Source: Eledone cirrhosa
Taxonomy: Eukaryota
Assembly: GCA_964016885.1 (NCBI GenBank)
Contig: OZ024757.1
Location: forward strand, 22,630,001-22,694,000
Direction: 5' to 3'
DNA length: 64,000 bases
The position numbers and the translations under genes are program-made. The notes under the pieces were generated by a model, which was not told where the DNA came from, searched no databases, and saw nothing but the letters and a program-made list of their open reading frames with translations. Numbering within the stretch: the stretch's first letter is position 1; each line of letters begins with the position of its first letter. Shown here one piece after another: positions 25,046-39,126 of this stretch.

Positions 25046-27258
25046 TCTACGTCCGCTTTTCCCTGCTTGCAAGGGTGGGACGGGTCTTATTCAGCACAGC
25101 ATCTCTCCACTCGTCACGGTCCCTCGTCATCTCCACCGTGAGCTTCAATGATCTGAGGTCTGTTCTCACCACCTCCGCCCATGTTTTTCGTGGTCTACCT
25201 CTACCACGTCTTCCTTCAACTGGCATTTCCTGGCACTTCTTCACCCATCGGTCATCCTCCATGCGCATCACATGTCCATACCACCTCAGTCTCCTCTCCC
25301 GTACACTACATTCTATCCCTCTCAGACACAGTTTCTCTCTCAACACATTTATGCTGGGTCGTTCACGCACATTTACACTGCACATCCAACGGAGCATGCT
25401 TGCCTCATTTCTCTCCAGCCGTCGCATATCTTCTGCGGTAGCTGCCCATGTCTCACTACCATGCAGCATCGCGCTCCTCACACAGGCATCATACAACCGG
25501 CCTTTCGTACGCAGGGAGAAACCCTTCTTCGTCAACAGAGGAAGCAGCTCCCTAAACTTCTTCCAACCCGTCCTTATTCTAGATACTATGGCCTCGGAAC
25601 ACCCTCCTCCCATGCTAATCTGATCTCCTAGGTACCGGAAGCTATCCACCACTTCTATAGCGCCCTCTCGCATTTGAAAAATGTGTCTATCAGTGCGACT
25701 TCTACTGTCTAATTTCCCTGTACATCTACTGCATACATATTTCTCCCTACCTGTTAGTTTGCCTGCTATCCCGCTACATCTCTTGTGTACCCAGGACCTA
25801 CATTGTGTGCATTTTATAGAATTTATGCCAGTTCCTTTTCTGCATATCGAACATGGCCATTTCCCTGACGGAATCAGGGTTTTGTCCTCTTTTCTACTCA
25901 TCAACACTTTTGTCTTAGCTAGATTTACTCTCAGTCCTCTTGCTTCCAACTGCTGTTTCCATAGCCGGAATTTATTCTCTAGCTCCTCTACTGATTCTGC
26001 CATAAGAGCCAGATCGTCAGCATAGAGAAGTTCCCATGGACAGCCAGTCTTAAACTCCTCTGTTATGGCTTGGAGGACTATAATGAACAAGAGCGGGCTG
26101 AGGACCGAACCCTGATGTACTCCTACTTGTATCTGGAATTCCTCACTAAACTCCATTCCTACCCTGACTTTACTGAGAGTACCTCTGTACAAAGTTTGCA
26201 CTGTCCTTACAAGCCATTCCTCAACACCCAGCTTCCTTAGGGACCACCAGATGACAGATCGGGGTACCCTATCAAAGGCCTTCTCTAGGTCAACAAAGGC
26301 TAAGTATAGTGGCTTATTCTTCTCTAAGAACCTCTCTTGCATTTGTCTCACCAAGAAGAGGGCATCTGTTGTACTCTTCCCAGGCACAAAACCAAACTGC
26401 ATCTCATCTAGTTTGACCCTTTCTCTAATTAGTTGTGCTAGAATCCTTTCTGCCACTTTCATAACTTGATCTATCAGTTTTATACCCCTATAATTGCTCC
26501 TCTCCAAAGCATCCCCTTTACCTTTGTAGCAATTTATGAGAATACTGCTGCACCAGTCTTTGGGTATGACACCACCATATATAGCCTGATTGATTATGCG
26601 TGCAACCAGTTTAGTGCCTACGTCCCCTGATGCCTTCAGCATCTCAGCAACTATTCCCGATGGTCCGGCCGCCTTACCATTTTTCATTTCCCTAATCGCC
26701 TCTTGGACCCTATATTCGTCAATCTCAATAGCTGGTCCCTCTGTCGGATCTACCAAGGGTAATTTCTCTCTCTCCCATTCGTTCTCCACATTCATCAGTC
26801 TCTCATAATGACATTTCCAGGCCTCCTTTTTCTGGTCATTCGTGACACTAAGTACACCGGCATCATCCCGGACACATTTATCACCAACAACATCCTGATT
26901 TGCATTGACACACTGCCTTGCAATGTGGAACACCGCACGCCTCTGATCTTCCCGTCGCAGAACATTGGCAAACCTCCTACTCTCTGCCTCCCTGCGTGCT
27001 AAGTACACCTGACGTCTAGCTTCTCTCTTAGTGGCTGTATATTCTTCCCTACTCCCACCCTTATTCCAAGCCTTCCATGCTAGTCTTTTGTCTCTAATAG
27101 CCTTATCTACACTGCTGTTCCACCACCAGGTCACTCTCTGTCTGGTTGGAGCTCTGCTCCAGCCACAGGTTTCATCAGTAGCCTTCAGCAAGTTGTCACG
27201 TAAGAACTTCCAGTTATTATCTATGTCATACGTCTCTAAATCGTCTTCTTTTTCGTCA
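25011..27258 (-). mobile_element. 5'-truncated RTE-clade LINE flanked by (TA)n-rich DNA
   Basis: Intact RT frame, essentially no 3' UTR, (TGA)n tail at 25011-25045, no APE endonuclease domain. Confidence 0.95.
25047..27258 (-). CDS. RTE reverse transcriptase (partial ORF) with an embedded PHD-like zinc finger
   Basis: Motifs [69 protein letters not shown]. The first ~16 aa of the 753-aa ORF come from flanking microsatellite, so there is no true start. Confidence 0.93.
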
Positions 27259-27570
27259 TATACATATATATCTATGTATATATATACATGGAAAAAATGA
27301 AATTTCATTTCTCACTGTTACTTAAATATAAGTATGTATACGTACATAAATATATGTATACAGACGTACATTAGTATGTATAACTGAACATTATAATAAA
27401 TGTTCAGTAAACCCATACGTACATATATATATGTGTTCATGTATGTATATGCATACTACTGTACGTCTGTATACATATATGTATGTACATATACATACTT
27501 ATATATATATACACATATATATATATATACATACATATATATATATATAGGTTGTTCGTTATATAGAGTG

Positions 27571-27610
<40 letters not shown>

Positions 27611-27729
27611 ACAGAACATATATTTACACATATACATACAAGTACACATACACACACACACACACATATATATATACATACATAACAGCACATATGTATA
27701 CACACATACAAACATGTACACACACACAC

Positions 27730-27766
<37 letters not shown>

Positions 27767-27834
27767 CACATATCGTGTATGTGTATGTGATATGTATGTA
27801 TGTATATGTATACATACATACATATACACATTAT

Positions 27835-28105
27835 GTCAGGTCACCAGTTGGTGCTACTGGTAATATGTATCCCAGTACAACCCGTCTCATGGTCGGGTCG
27901 TTGGCGACTAAACTGGCAACACCACCAAGGTGAGGAGGGTGACTTTGGACATCCTGCAGGACTAAAAACAAAACCTGTCAAAGGGCAAAGGAGCTCTTAA
28001 GAGTCAATGGCCATCCAAAATCACCGGGAGAGATGACCCCTTAGCCTTTGTCAAGGCAGAATTCTAGGAGAAGGAAAACTCTGATATAACACCTGCAACC
28101 CTGAT
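27835..28105 (+). mobile_element. Probable RTE-type 5' UTR fragment
   Basis: GC-richer island containing CTAGGAGAAGGAAAACTCTGA (28064-28084), recalled from RTE 5' regions; not verifiable here. Confidence 0.4.
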
Positions 28106-28434
28106 GGTATCCAATGATGTTGACTTGTTCTTCTTTTTGGTAAATATCATCTTGGTTAAGAGAGTGGGACTGGCTTTGTGCAGTGCCTTTGCTCACTATA
28201 AAAGCTTCACGGCACAGGCATTGCTTTATATCTGGAGAGCTCTCTGCACTTGTTGTCACATGGTACCATGGGCCCAGCACTATGTATCAATAATTGTCAC
28301 AAGTGTAGTGTTTGTACCTGAGTTTTCAAGTCGCTGGCTGGACTAAAAAGTCACACTCGTTCAGTGCATCGGTAGGGGTTCTCCTACATGGATATAAAGT
28401 AGTGGCCGTACTCGAAAACGAGTTGGCAGCCACT

Positions 28435-28823
28435 ATATATGTATGTATATGTGTACATATATATACATGTATGTATGTATGTATGTATGTATATATGTAT
28501 ATGTGTACATATATGTATGTATATATGTATGTATGTATATGTATGTATATATGTATATGTGTACATATATGTATGTATATATGTATATGTGTACATATAT
28601 GTATGTATGTATGTATATATATATGTATATGTGTACATATATGTATGTGTACATATATGTATGTATATATGTATATGTGTACATATATGTATATATGTAT
28701 ATGTGTACATATATGTATGTATATATGTATATGTGTACATATATGTATGTATAAATGTATATGTGTACATATATGTATGTATATATGTATATGTGTACAT
28801 ATATGTATGTATATATGTATATG

Positions 28824-28858
<35 letters not shown>

Positions 28859-28862
28859 GTAC

Positions 28863-28895
<33 letters not shown>

Positions 28896-30400
28896 TATAT
28901 GTATATGTGTACATATATTTATGAATATATGTATATATGTACATATATGTATGTTTGGCAAAGTAACATCTATTCCATATATCATAATTTCATGCATTGA
29001 TCTTACAATTGCCTTAACCTTTATCTCTCTCTCTCTCCTTCCCTCTCTGTTTCTCTCATTCTCTCCCTCCCTCTCTCTCTCTCTCTCTCATTTCCTCTCC
29101 TTCCCTCTTTCTCTACTTCTCTACTTCTCTCATTCTCTCTCATTTCCTCTCCTTCCCTCTCTGCTTCTCTCATTCCCTCTATCCCCCTCTCTCTCTCATT
29201 TCCTCTCCTTCCCTCTTTCTCTACTTCTCTACTTCTCTCATTCTCTCTCATTTCCTCTCCCTCCCTCTCTGCTTCTCTCATTCCCTCTATCCCCCTCTCT
29301 CTCTCATTTCCTCTCCTTCTCTCTTTCCCTACTTCTCTCATTCTCTCTCTCCCTCTCTGCTTCTCTCCTTCTCTCCCTCCCCCTCTCTCTCTCTCTCTCT
29401 CATTTCCTCTCCTTCCCTCTTTCTCTACTTGTCTACTTCTCTCATTCTCTCTCTCTCTCTTTCTCTCTCTCATTTCCTCTCCCTCCCTCTCTGCTTCTCT
29501 CATTCCCTCTATCCCCATCTCTCTCTCGCATTTCCTCTCCTTCTCTCTTTCTCTACTTCTCTCATTCTCTCTCTCCGCTTCTCTCATTCTCTCTCTCTCT
29601 CCCTCCCCCCTCTCTCTCTCATTTCCTCTACTTCTCTCATTCTCTCTTTTTTACACTTAGTACAGTTTATTCATGTGCATCAGAAAAATGCTAGACAAAC
29701 GATGAGTGAGTGTGTATATATGTATTTGTGTATATATGGGTGAGTGTGTATATATGTATTTGTGTATATATGGGTGAGTGTGTATATATGTATTTGTGTA
29801 TATATGTATTTGTGTATATATGAGTGAGTGTGTATATATGTATTTGTGTATATATGGGTGAGTGTGTATATATGTATTTGTGTATATATGGGTGAGTGTG
29901 TATATATGTATTTGTGTATATATATATATATGTTTGTGTGTGTATATATGTGTTTGTGTTTATATGTGTTTGTGTGTATGTATGTCTTTGTGTATATATG
30001 TGTTTGTGTATATATATGTGTTTGTGTATATATATGTTTGTGTATATATATATGTGTTTGTGTATATATATGTTTGTGTATATATGTGTTTGTAAATATA
30101 TATGTGTATATATGTCTTTGTGTGTACATATATGTGTTTATGTATATATGTATTTGTGTATACATATATGTTTTGTGTATATATATATGTGTATACATGT
30201 ATTTGTGTATATATGTCTTTGTGTGTATATATGTGTGTTTGTGTTTATATGTGTTTGTGTGTATGTATGTGTATCTGCGTGTATATGTGTGTGTGGGTAT
30301 GTATATATATATGTTTGTATATATATGTGTATGTATATATATATATGTGTGTGTTTGTGTATGTGCAGTGAAAAGATCAACAAGCTCAACTCTATATATA
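28435..30400. repeat. (TATG)n, polypyrimidine CT minisatellite (29020-29650) and (TG/TA)n tracts
   Basis: Directly visible. Confidence 0.93.
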
Positions 30401-30462
30401 AATATAGGAAAGAAAACACACACACACACAAATATATTATATATATAAATATATATAATATA

Positions 30463-30655
30463 TTTGTTTCTACTTTTGGAACAAGGCCAGCAATTACCCA
30501 GTACATTACTGGTACTTTATTTTATCGACCCGACCCCATAAGGATGAAAGGCAAAGTTAACCTCGGTGGGATTTGAACTCAGAATGGCAAGAGCCGTAAC
30601 TCTATGCGTCAAAGCATGGCGTCCAACCCTCTACCGATACTGCCAATTCACCACC
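30463..30655 (-). mobile_element. SINE family B, near full length
   Basis: Reverse complement of 50341-50531. Confidence 0.85.
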
Positions 30656-30917
30656 CAATATATATATAATATATTATGACTTGTACATATGAGATGTCTT
30701 TGTAACCAATGGTTTCATGACTTATCAAACTTACACTCATGAAATCTTGTTACATCATGAAACCTTTGGTTGCAATGACATTTTGGATCATAGTATATAT
30801 ATCCAGGAACAAACTTTCACCTGCTGGGACCTAAGATATATGAAATGTGAGGCCATCTCTAAACAAATTTGGGCAAAAAAAATTAGAATAATTCTACATA
30901 ATTATTATTTTTTTATC

Positions 30918-31090
30918 GGTAGAGGGTCGGACGCCATGCTCTGATGCATAGAGTTACGGCCCTTGCCATTCTGAGTTCAAATCCCGCCGAGGTTAACTTT
31001 GCCTTTCATCCTTACGGGGTCGATAAAATAAAGTACCAGTAATGTACTGGGTAATTTGCTGGCCTTGTGCCAATAGTAGAAACAATTATT
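30918..31090 (+). mobile_element. SINE family B
   Basis: CTGAGTTCAAATCCCGCCGAGG..GTAGAAACAATTATT. Confidence 0.85.
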
Positions 31091-31322
31091 TTTTTATATC
31101 AATGTCAATGATAAAGAATAAATAATATATATATATTTGTATTTAGTTGACGGCCAATAAAAAAGATGACTCAATACCGATGTAGAGTTTACATATTCAT
31201 TTTATTAAGGCTATTGAATATTTAGTTCTTGTGCGGTGTCCCTGAGAAGCAGGAGAAACTCTAGAGTAATAAAATTCAGTATTTAGCCATAATCAAATGA
31301 ATACATACATATATATATATAT

Positions 31323-31421
<99 letters not shown>

Positions 31422-31505
31422 TATATATATTATATATATATATTATATATATATTATATATTTATATATATATATATTATATATATTATATATATATATA
31501 TATTA

Positions 31506-31550
<45 letters not shown>

Positions 31551-31987
31551 TAAGAGATTAAAGTTTAAGCAAAGAATCGCTGCTTTCACCCTTAACGGGA
31601 TCTTTTGAAACTAAAAAAATCAATCTGTGAACGCAGAAGTAAATATTTCGAAAACCGTTGCAACCGAAGGAAGACAGGAAGACGATACTTTGGTTCGTGG
31701 AAACGTTCCCTGGCAAAGAACGGAAAAAAACGAAGATAATACGTCATTATTTGGAGTGGTGTAAACAATTACACGCAAAGACAAAACCACATTTATGATA
31801 TAACTGAAGTCGTAGACTAATATTCTATTCAGGAAACCGAATGATTCTCGGCTTCAGAGTTAAGAATAAAGTAAACTTTAATCTGTTATTTTAATAAATA
31901 TTTGCTCTACAGTTCTTATATATTTGATATATATTTATCCTTATTAAGCCGTCTTTGGATTTTAGTCTTCAAATTTATTATTATTAC

Positions 31988-32025
<38 letters not shown>

Positions 32026-32189
32026 AATATATATATAATATTGAGTTTTGAGACGCGAGTGTATTAGAATTTGTAGGAAAATGGAAAACTCAACATAAGG
32101 AAGCTCTTAAAAACTACAAAATACCGCTGAAGCGGCGTGGGGTAAAATATCGCCTTGAAGGACTGAAATCAGTGGCTCAATGTTTATAT

Positions 32190-32231
<42 letters not shown>

Positions 32232-32376
32232 CTTTCTGATGGTTTAGTGTTAAAGAATAAAAACTAGTGATAAAATTATAAAATATTTTATTTTTAAATG
32301 AAGCCCCCAAGGGTGTGTCACTCTAAGCTCTCACTTATTTAGCCCATAGGAAATCCCAGCACTGTATATGTATATA

Positions 32377-32880
32377 ATTGTTTCTACTTTTGGCACAAGG
32401 CCAGCAATTACTCCAGTGTATTACTGGTACTTTATTTTATCGACCCCGTAAGGATGAAAGGCAAAGTTAACCTCGACGGAATTTGAACTCAGTATGATAT
32501 ATATATATAATTGTTTCTACTTTTGGCACAAGGCCAGCAATTACCCCACTGTATTACTGGTACTTTATTTTATCGACCCCGTAAGGATGAAAGGCAAAGT
32601 TAACCTCGACGGAATTTGAACTCAGTATGATATATATATATAATTGTTTCTACTTTTGGCACAAGGCCAGCAATTACCCCACTGTATTACTGGTACTTTA
32701 TTTTATCGACCCCCGTAAGGATGAAAGGCAATTACCCCAGTGCATGACTGCTACTTTATTTCATTGACCCCGTAAGGATTTTTTGCAAATTTAACATCGG
32801 CGGGATTTGAACTCAGAATGCAAAGGTTTGTAACTTTATGCCACAAAGCATGTTGTCTGGTGCTCTACTGATTCTGCCAA
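32377..32880 (-). mobile_element. Tandemly duplicated SINE B 3' halves plus a diverged copy
   Basis: Unit of ~132 bp repeated at 32377, 32509 and 32642. Confidence 0.85.
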
Positions 32881-32921
32881 TAATGATGATGATGATGATG
32901 ATAATAATACACTAAGAATTG

Positions 32922-33095
32922 TCCGCCACCATCACCACCACCGCCACCACCACCACCACCATCACCACCACCGCCACCACCACCGCCACCACCACCATCA
33001 CTGCCACCACCACTGCCACCACCACCACCAACACCACCACCACCAACGCCACCACCACCGCCAACACCACCACCACCACCATCACCACCACCACA
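32922..33095. repeat. (ACC)n microsatellite
   Basis: Directly visible. Confidence 0.95.
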
Positions 33096-34323
33096 ATCTC
33101 AGCATTTCTGGATAAATGTTTACACAAGTGATAAACTTAATTTGTGTATGGGTGATCAAAGGACCACACAGAAAACATACGCAAACATATATATATGTAT
33201 ATATATATATGTTTGTGTGTGTGTGTATATACACATATATGTTTGTGTGTGTGTGTGTATATATGTATATATATATGTATATATATATGTATATATATAT
33301 ATGTATATATATATGTATATATATATAATGTGTATATATATATAATATATATATAATGTGTATATATACATATAATATATATATATATATAATGTGTATA
33401 TATATATAGAATATATATATTATATAAATATATATATATATATATAATATATATATATATATATAATATTATATATATATATATATAATATATGTGTGTA
33501 TGTGTGTGATACTGTCTCTCTTTCTTTTCTCATATATATATATAGCGAGAGAGAGTGAGAGAGGGGGATATAAACAGACAGATTAGATTTAGTTAAAGAC
33601 AAAAGTATTTGCTGCTGAATAAAGACAATAAAAACTACACAAAAAGAAAGGAAAAAACTGTTTAATGAATTTTAGAGTTCTGTTTTACTTATATAAAATT
33701 TTACTACATTTAAAAAATTTAAACGTTTAAAAACCTTTTAAAATTTTGGTAGTATTTTTGGCAGTTTGTAAATGTAGTTTATTTAAAAAATAAATAACGA
33801 AATAAATGTTTGTAAATAAATAATAAAATAAAAAGTAGATATGAGAGGTAAAATACATGTAAAGATACTAAAAGAACAATGTAGACAGCTTTTACAAGGA
33901 TCTGTTAAAAACAGCATGTTTTAAGAACATTTGACAATATCATATAAAATTAGCAACACTTCGTTTTATATTCTTCAGGTATATTGATTGATTTTTTTTG
34001 GATTTTTTTGTCAATGTGTATTGAACGATCCACTTGCTAAAAAGAAAATAATATTGAAAAAACCCAAAATTTTCCTGAAATTTCAAAAGAACAAATAAAC
34101 ATTGGAGTGAAGGGACGGCAGGCATGGGGAACGAATGATTTTAAATTAAAAAAAAATCCCCCTTTTTCCAGTTTATAGATACTTTTTGAAAAGGAGAGAT
34201 AAAACCTTTACATGGCAAAACAATAAATTCCCCAACCACATTTAATGAAAGGGAATCAAATATGAGATTGAGAGCAAGTAAAGTAAGACAATATATATAA
34301 ATATATATATATACACACACACA

Positions 34324-34363
<40 letters not shown>

Positions 34364-35046
34364 TATGTGTATATACATATATATATACACACACACACAC
34401 ATATATATATATATTTACACACATACATATATATATATATATTTACACACATATATACATATATATATATATTTACACATATACATGTGTATATATATGT
34501 GTGTGTATATGTATATATGTGTATGTATGTATGCATGCTTATATTACATCTGTATGAGTATATTTATATACATAGTGTGTCTGTGTGTGGATCAAATACA
34601 AAACAAATTTGAAGCAACAGGAATAAAATCAATAGAAAGACTTAGACTTAGACATTGAAATAAAGTGAAATAAAGTGAAATTCTGCAGTGAAATTTACAG
34701 ACACACATATATATAGACATATATACACACATATATATATATATACATTTGTGTAGATATATCTATGTAGATCTGAGTTTTTAGAATAGATAAACTGTAT
34801 CCATGTCCATTGTAATGGCTGACTAAATGGATTCACACCAGGATTGAAATCCGGTTGTAAAACATTCTTAAATCATCCAATGCGCCCCCATGCCGGCATG
34901 AAAATGTTGACAGAACAATGATGATAATGATGATGATGAATATATATATATATATATATATACGTTATTCCGGGTTGAATCGGAGGTAACCACAGTAAGT
35001 AAGGTACTCAATACATAGCAGAGTATAACAGTTTTAATATAGATGA

Positions 35047-35095
35047 GATTCTACAGGACTAGAACTGTTTCATTCATTAGAAATCATCAGGAATC
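35047..35095 (-). ncRNA. Type I hammerhead motif (inverted partner of 35121-35173)
   Basis: Reverse complement of the + strand motif, with a 5-bp stem I. Confidence 0.7.
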
Positions 35096-35120
35096 ATTAG
35101 AAATCATTAGAAATCATCAG

Positions 35121-35173
35121 GAGATTCCTGATGATTTCTAATGAATGAAACAGTTCTAGTCCTGTAGAATCTC
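35121..35173 (+). ncRNA. Type I hammerhead motif with a true stem III
   Basis: GAGATTC-CTGATGA-tTTC taat GAAt-GAAA-CAG ttctagtc CTG-TA-GAATCTC; stem II is weak (U-U at the first position). Confidence 0.75.
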
Positions 35174-35249
35174 ATCTATATTAAAACTATATATATATAT
35201 ATATATATATGTATATACACATATATATCTATCTATCACACAGACACAG

Positions 35250-35280
<31 letters not shown>

Positions 35281-35526
35281 AATATATATATATGCAGAGG
35301 TTATATTTAATTTGTTGGGATTCAACAAGCTTAAAATGTTTTATAACTGATATAAAGCACTCAACAGATAAGTGGATAAATATATATATATATGCAGAGG
35401 TTATATTTAATTTGTTGGGATTCAACAAGCTTAACATTTTTATAACTGATATAAAGCACTCAACAGATTAGTGGAGTAAATATACAATATATTAATAAAT
35501 GGAAACTATATTTATAAAACAATAAT

Positions 35527-35592
35527 TATTTTAGTATATATATTTCAAGGGCGACCAAGGTAAATTATGGTGCGCTTTCATCAGATAAAATA
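35527..35592 (-). ncRNA. Type I hammerhead motif, paralogue of 23962-24026
   Basis: Minus strand: TATTTTAT-CTGATGA-AAGCGCACCA..TGGTCGCCCTT-GAAA-TATATA-TA-cTAAAATA; flanks are also homologous. Confidence 0.75.
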
Positions 35593-35724
35593 CAGATTTG
35601 TTTTATAAATAAATATTGACATACCCGGAAATTCGCTGGATAGTCTATCCAGCGAATTTCAACCATTGAGGTTCTCTTTTTCCTATTACCCATTCTACTA
35701 CCCTAAGTATTGAGTTTTCTGGTT

Positions 35725-35930
35725 CATCATCATCATTTCATTTTACGTCCACTTTTCCCTGCTTGCAAGGGTGGGACGGGAACTGATTTTGGCTTGATTT
35801 CTACAGCTGGATGCCCTTCCTAACACCAACCTCATTTACAGTGAGTGCTGGGTGCTTTTGTGCTGTGGCACCTGCACGACCACTTTGCAGTGTAATGATA
35901 TGGACCCCAGTCCCTAGCATCTCATTTCTA
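35725..35930 (-). mobile_element. SINE family A, 3' half with RTE-derived tail
   Basis: Matches the reverse complement of 61080-61279. Confidence 0.85.
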
Positions 35931-36171
35931 CACATATACACACAAATACACAAACACACACAAAGGTACATGCACATATACACACAAACACACACATACA
36001 CACACACACATTTAAATTTATACAGATAAAACTACATGCATTTATGCACAGAAACACACACACATGCACACACAGTTATGTGGATACACACATATACAGA
36101 AACACACACATACCAACACACAAAATTGCAAGCATACACATGCACTAAGATACGCAGAAATTATATGGAGA

Positions 36172-37270
36172 CACACACACAAAAACTACATATTCATATG
36201 CACACACACACATTTACATACATAAAAATTACATATTCATATGCACACACACATTTACACACACAAAAACTACATATTTATATGCACACACACATTTACA
36301 CACACAAAAACTACATATTCATATGCACACACATTTATACACACAAAAACTACATATTCATATGCGCACACACATTTACACACACAAAAACTACATATTC
36401 ATATGCACACACACATTTACACACACAAAAACTACATATTCATATGCATGCACACATTTGCACACACAAAAACTATATATTCATATGCGCACACACATTT
36501 ACACACACAAAAACTACATATTCATATGCACACACACATTTACACACACAAAAACTACATATTCATATGCACACACACATTTACACACACAAAAACTACA
36601 TATTCATATGCACACACACATTTACACACACAAAAACTACATATTCATATGTGCACACACATTTACACACACAAAAACTATATATTCATATGCACACACA
36701 CATTTACACACACAAAAACTACATATTCATATGCACACACACATTTACACACACAAAAACTACATATTCATATGCACACACACATTTACACACACAAAAA
36801 CTACATATTCATATGCACACACACATTTACACACACAAAAACTACATATTCATATGCACACACACATTTACACACACAAAAACTACATATTCATATGCAC
36901 ACACACATTTACACACACAAAAACTACATATTCATATGCACACACACATTTACACACACAAAAACTACATATTCATATGCACACACACATTTACACACAC
37001 AAAAACTACATATTCATATGCACACACACATTTACACACACAAAAACTACATATTCATATGCATGCACACATTTACACACACAAAAACTACATATTCATA
37101 TGCATGCACACATTTACACACACAAAAACTACATATTCATATGCACACACACATTTACACACACAAAAACTACATATTCATATGCATGCACACATTTACA
37201 CACACAAAAACTACATATTCATATGCACACACACATTTACACACACATAAACTACATATACATATGCACA
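36172..37270. repeat. 41-bp minisatellite, about 26 copies
   Basis: Unit CACACACAAAAACTACATATTCATATGCACACACACATTTA; the 41-aa periodicity of the ORFs equals 3 units. Confidence 0.96.
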
Positions 37271-37284
37271 CACATTCTCACATA

Positions 37285-37317
<33 letters not shown>

Positions 37318-37565
37318 CACCCTGAATAAGTCTCTTACAATTTGGATCATCGTGTTGGTCAGCTTTAACAGTTCCAATAAAATGTTGCCAACTTAAATTC
37401 CTTACTGAGTAAAAAGCCAAACTGTGTTCCTTAAACTTCAACATTCCAAGCAGTAAGGAAGCAAAGGATGTTAAAGAAAGGTTAACGAGATAGGTATGTT
37501 CCAACGAAGATTGGCTTTTCAGAATATAAAGCTCGGACTAACTGTTTATGACCTGATATCATTTT

Positions 37566-37611
<46 letters not shown>

Positions 37612-38205
37612 TGTTTATATGTTGAAAGAAAAATGTTCGACTTTATATTGCAAGTCAACACTTACATGCATGTATATACATATGTCTGTATGTATATATG
37701 CATGTATGCACATTACTGGTTGTGTTTTACATTAGCAAGAATTCCACATTTTGAATTCACCCACCATAATGTATTTTTCTCATACAATGGTCTTCCTCTA
37801 TTTACACGTCATGTGTCATGACATTGTAGAACTGGTAGATTTACGAACCCGGCAGCATTTGCAATTGTGCACACTTTAAGATCTAAGTGTTTAGCTGAAG
37901 AAATGTACTAGCACAATTGCGTAATATCTGCTGATATGATGCAATTTCTGCATACTGCAGTATTAATAACTGTGATAAGTAGAATATTGCATAGAAACCG
38001 AATCCCCCCAGGAGTTGGATACGTGAGATATCTTTACCAAAACCACCGTCACTGAAGTCATGATATGACTACTATGTGAACACTCTGAATATAAAGAGGC
38101 AGTTTCACAACCACAAGCTTATTGTCTCATTGAGTGGGTCATGGCCATAGGTCAATGAAATAACATCAGTGACTTTCGTAAACTGTGTGTATATACATAT
38201 ATATA

Positions 38206-38551
38206 TCATCATCATCATCATCATTTCATTTTACGTCCGCTTTTCCCTGCTTGCAAGGGTGGGACGGGAACTGATTCTGGCTTGATTTCTACAGCTGGAT
38301 GCCCTTCCTAACACCAACCTCATTTACAATGAGTGCTGGGTGCTTTTTTGCCGTGGCACCTCCACAGCCACTTTACAGTGGAATGATAGGGACCCCAGTC
38401 CCTATCATCTCATTTCGACAGCTGAGTAAACTGGAGTAATGTGAAATAAAGTTTCTTGCTCGAGGAAACAACACATCACCCGGTCTGAGAATTGAACTCA
38501 CAACCTTTTGATTACAAGGCCAATGCTCTAACCACTAAGCCATGTGCCTCC
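38206..38551 (-). mobile_element. Full-length tRNA-derived SINE family A
   Basis: A box TGGCTTAGTGG, B box GAGTTCAATTC, central CTCGAGCAAGAAACTT, RTE-like tail and (TGA)n; flanked by TA runs. Confidence 0.92.
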
Positions 38552-38619
38552 ATATATATATATATATATATCCAAAATTAAATTAAGGGTTGTCGAGCGA
38601 GACGACCAATCTTCCCTCA

Positions 38620-38785
38620 AGTAGAGAGACGGACGCCATGCAGCATAGAGTTACGGTCCTTTATGGTCTGAGTTCAAATCCCGCCGAGCTTAACTTTGCC
38701 TTTCCTCCTTACGATGCCGATAAAATAAAGTTCCAGTAATACACTGGGTAATTGCTGGCCTTGTGCCAAAAGTAGAAACAATTAT
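38620..38785 (+). mobile_element. SINE family B
   Basis: Matches 50341-50531. Confidence 0.8.
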
Positions 38786-39126
38786 ATAATGATTTAGCAG
38801 AAAATATCTAACAGGCTTGTAAATGCAAGTTTACATTATCTTTGCTATTGAACAAATTGTGAAAGATTTAGCAGAAAATATCTAAAAATGCGTTAGCTAG
38901 TTCAAATGTTTATAGTATCTTTACCAGAAGACAGATCATTGTAAACATTTGCAGTATTATCCCTAAACATCCTGTAATAATTTAACAGAAAATATCAATA
39001 AACAGGTTTTTAATTAAAATGTTAATAGTATCTTTACAAGTAGAAAGATTGTTGTGAATATTTGCAGTTTATCTCTTAACATCTTTATCTGTATATATGA
39101 ATATGTTTATTGATTTATTACTTTAA

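Noticed and set aside
25075-27300. + strand ORFs over the RTE
   Set aside because: Antisense shadows of the RT frame.
28105-28432. Possible APE endonuclease relic on the - strand
   Set aside because: Only a faint NECDFLV resemblance to the GVGFLV motif, with many stops; not enough to call.
31229-31277. Hammerhead at CTGAGAAGCAGGA-GAAA-CTCTAGAG-TA
   Set aside because: The 3' half looks right, but I could not find a valid core or stem I partner; at most a fragment.
36036-37396. Three long overlapping ORFs
   Set aside because: A stop-free 41-bp repeat read in all three frames.
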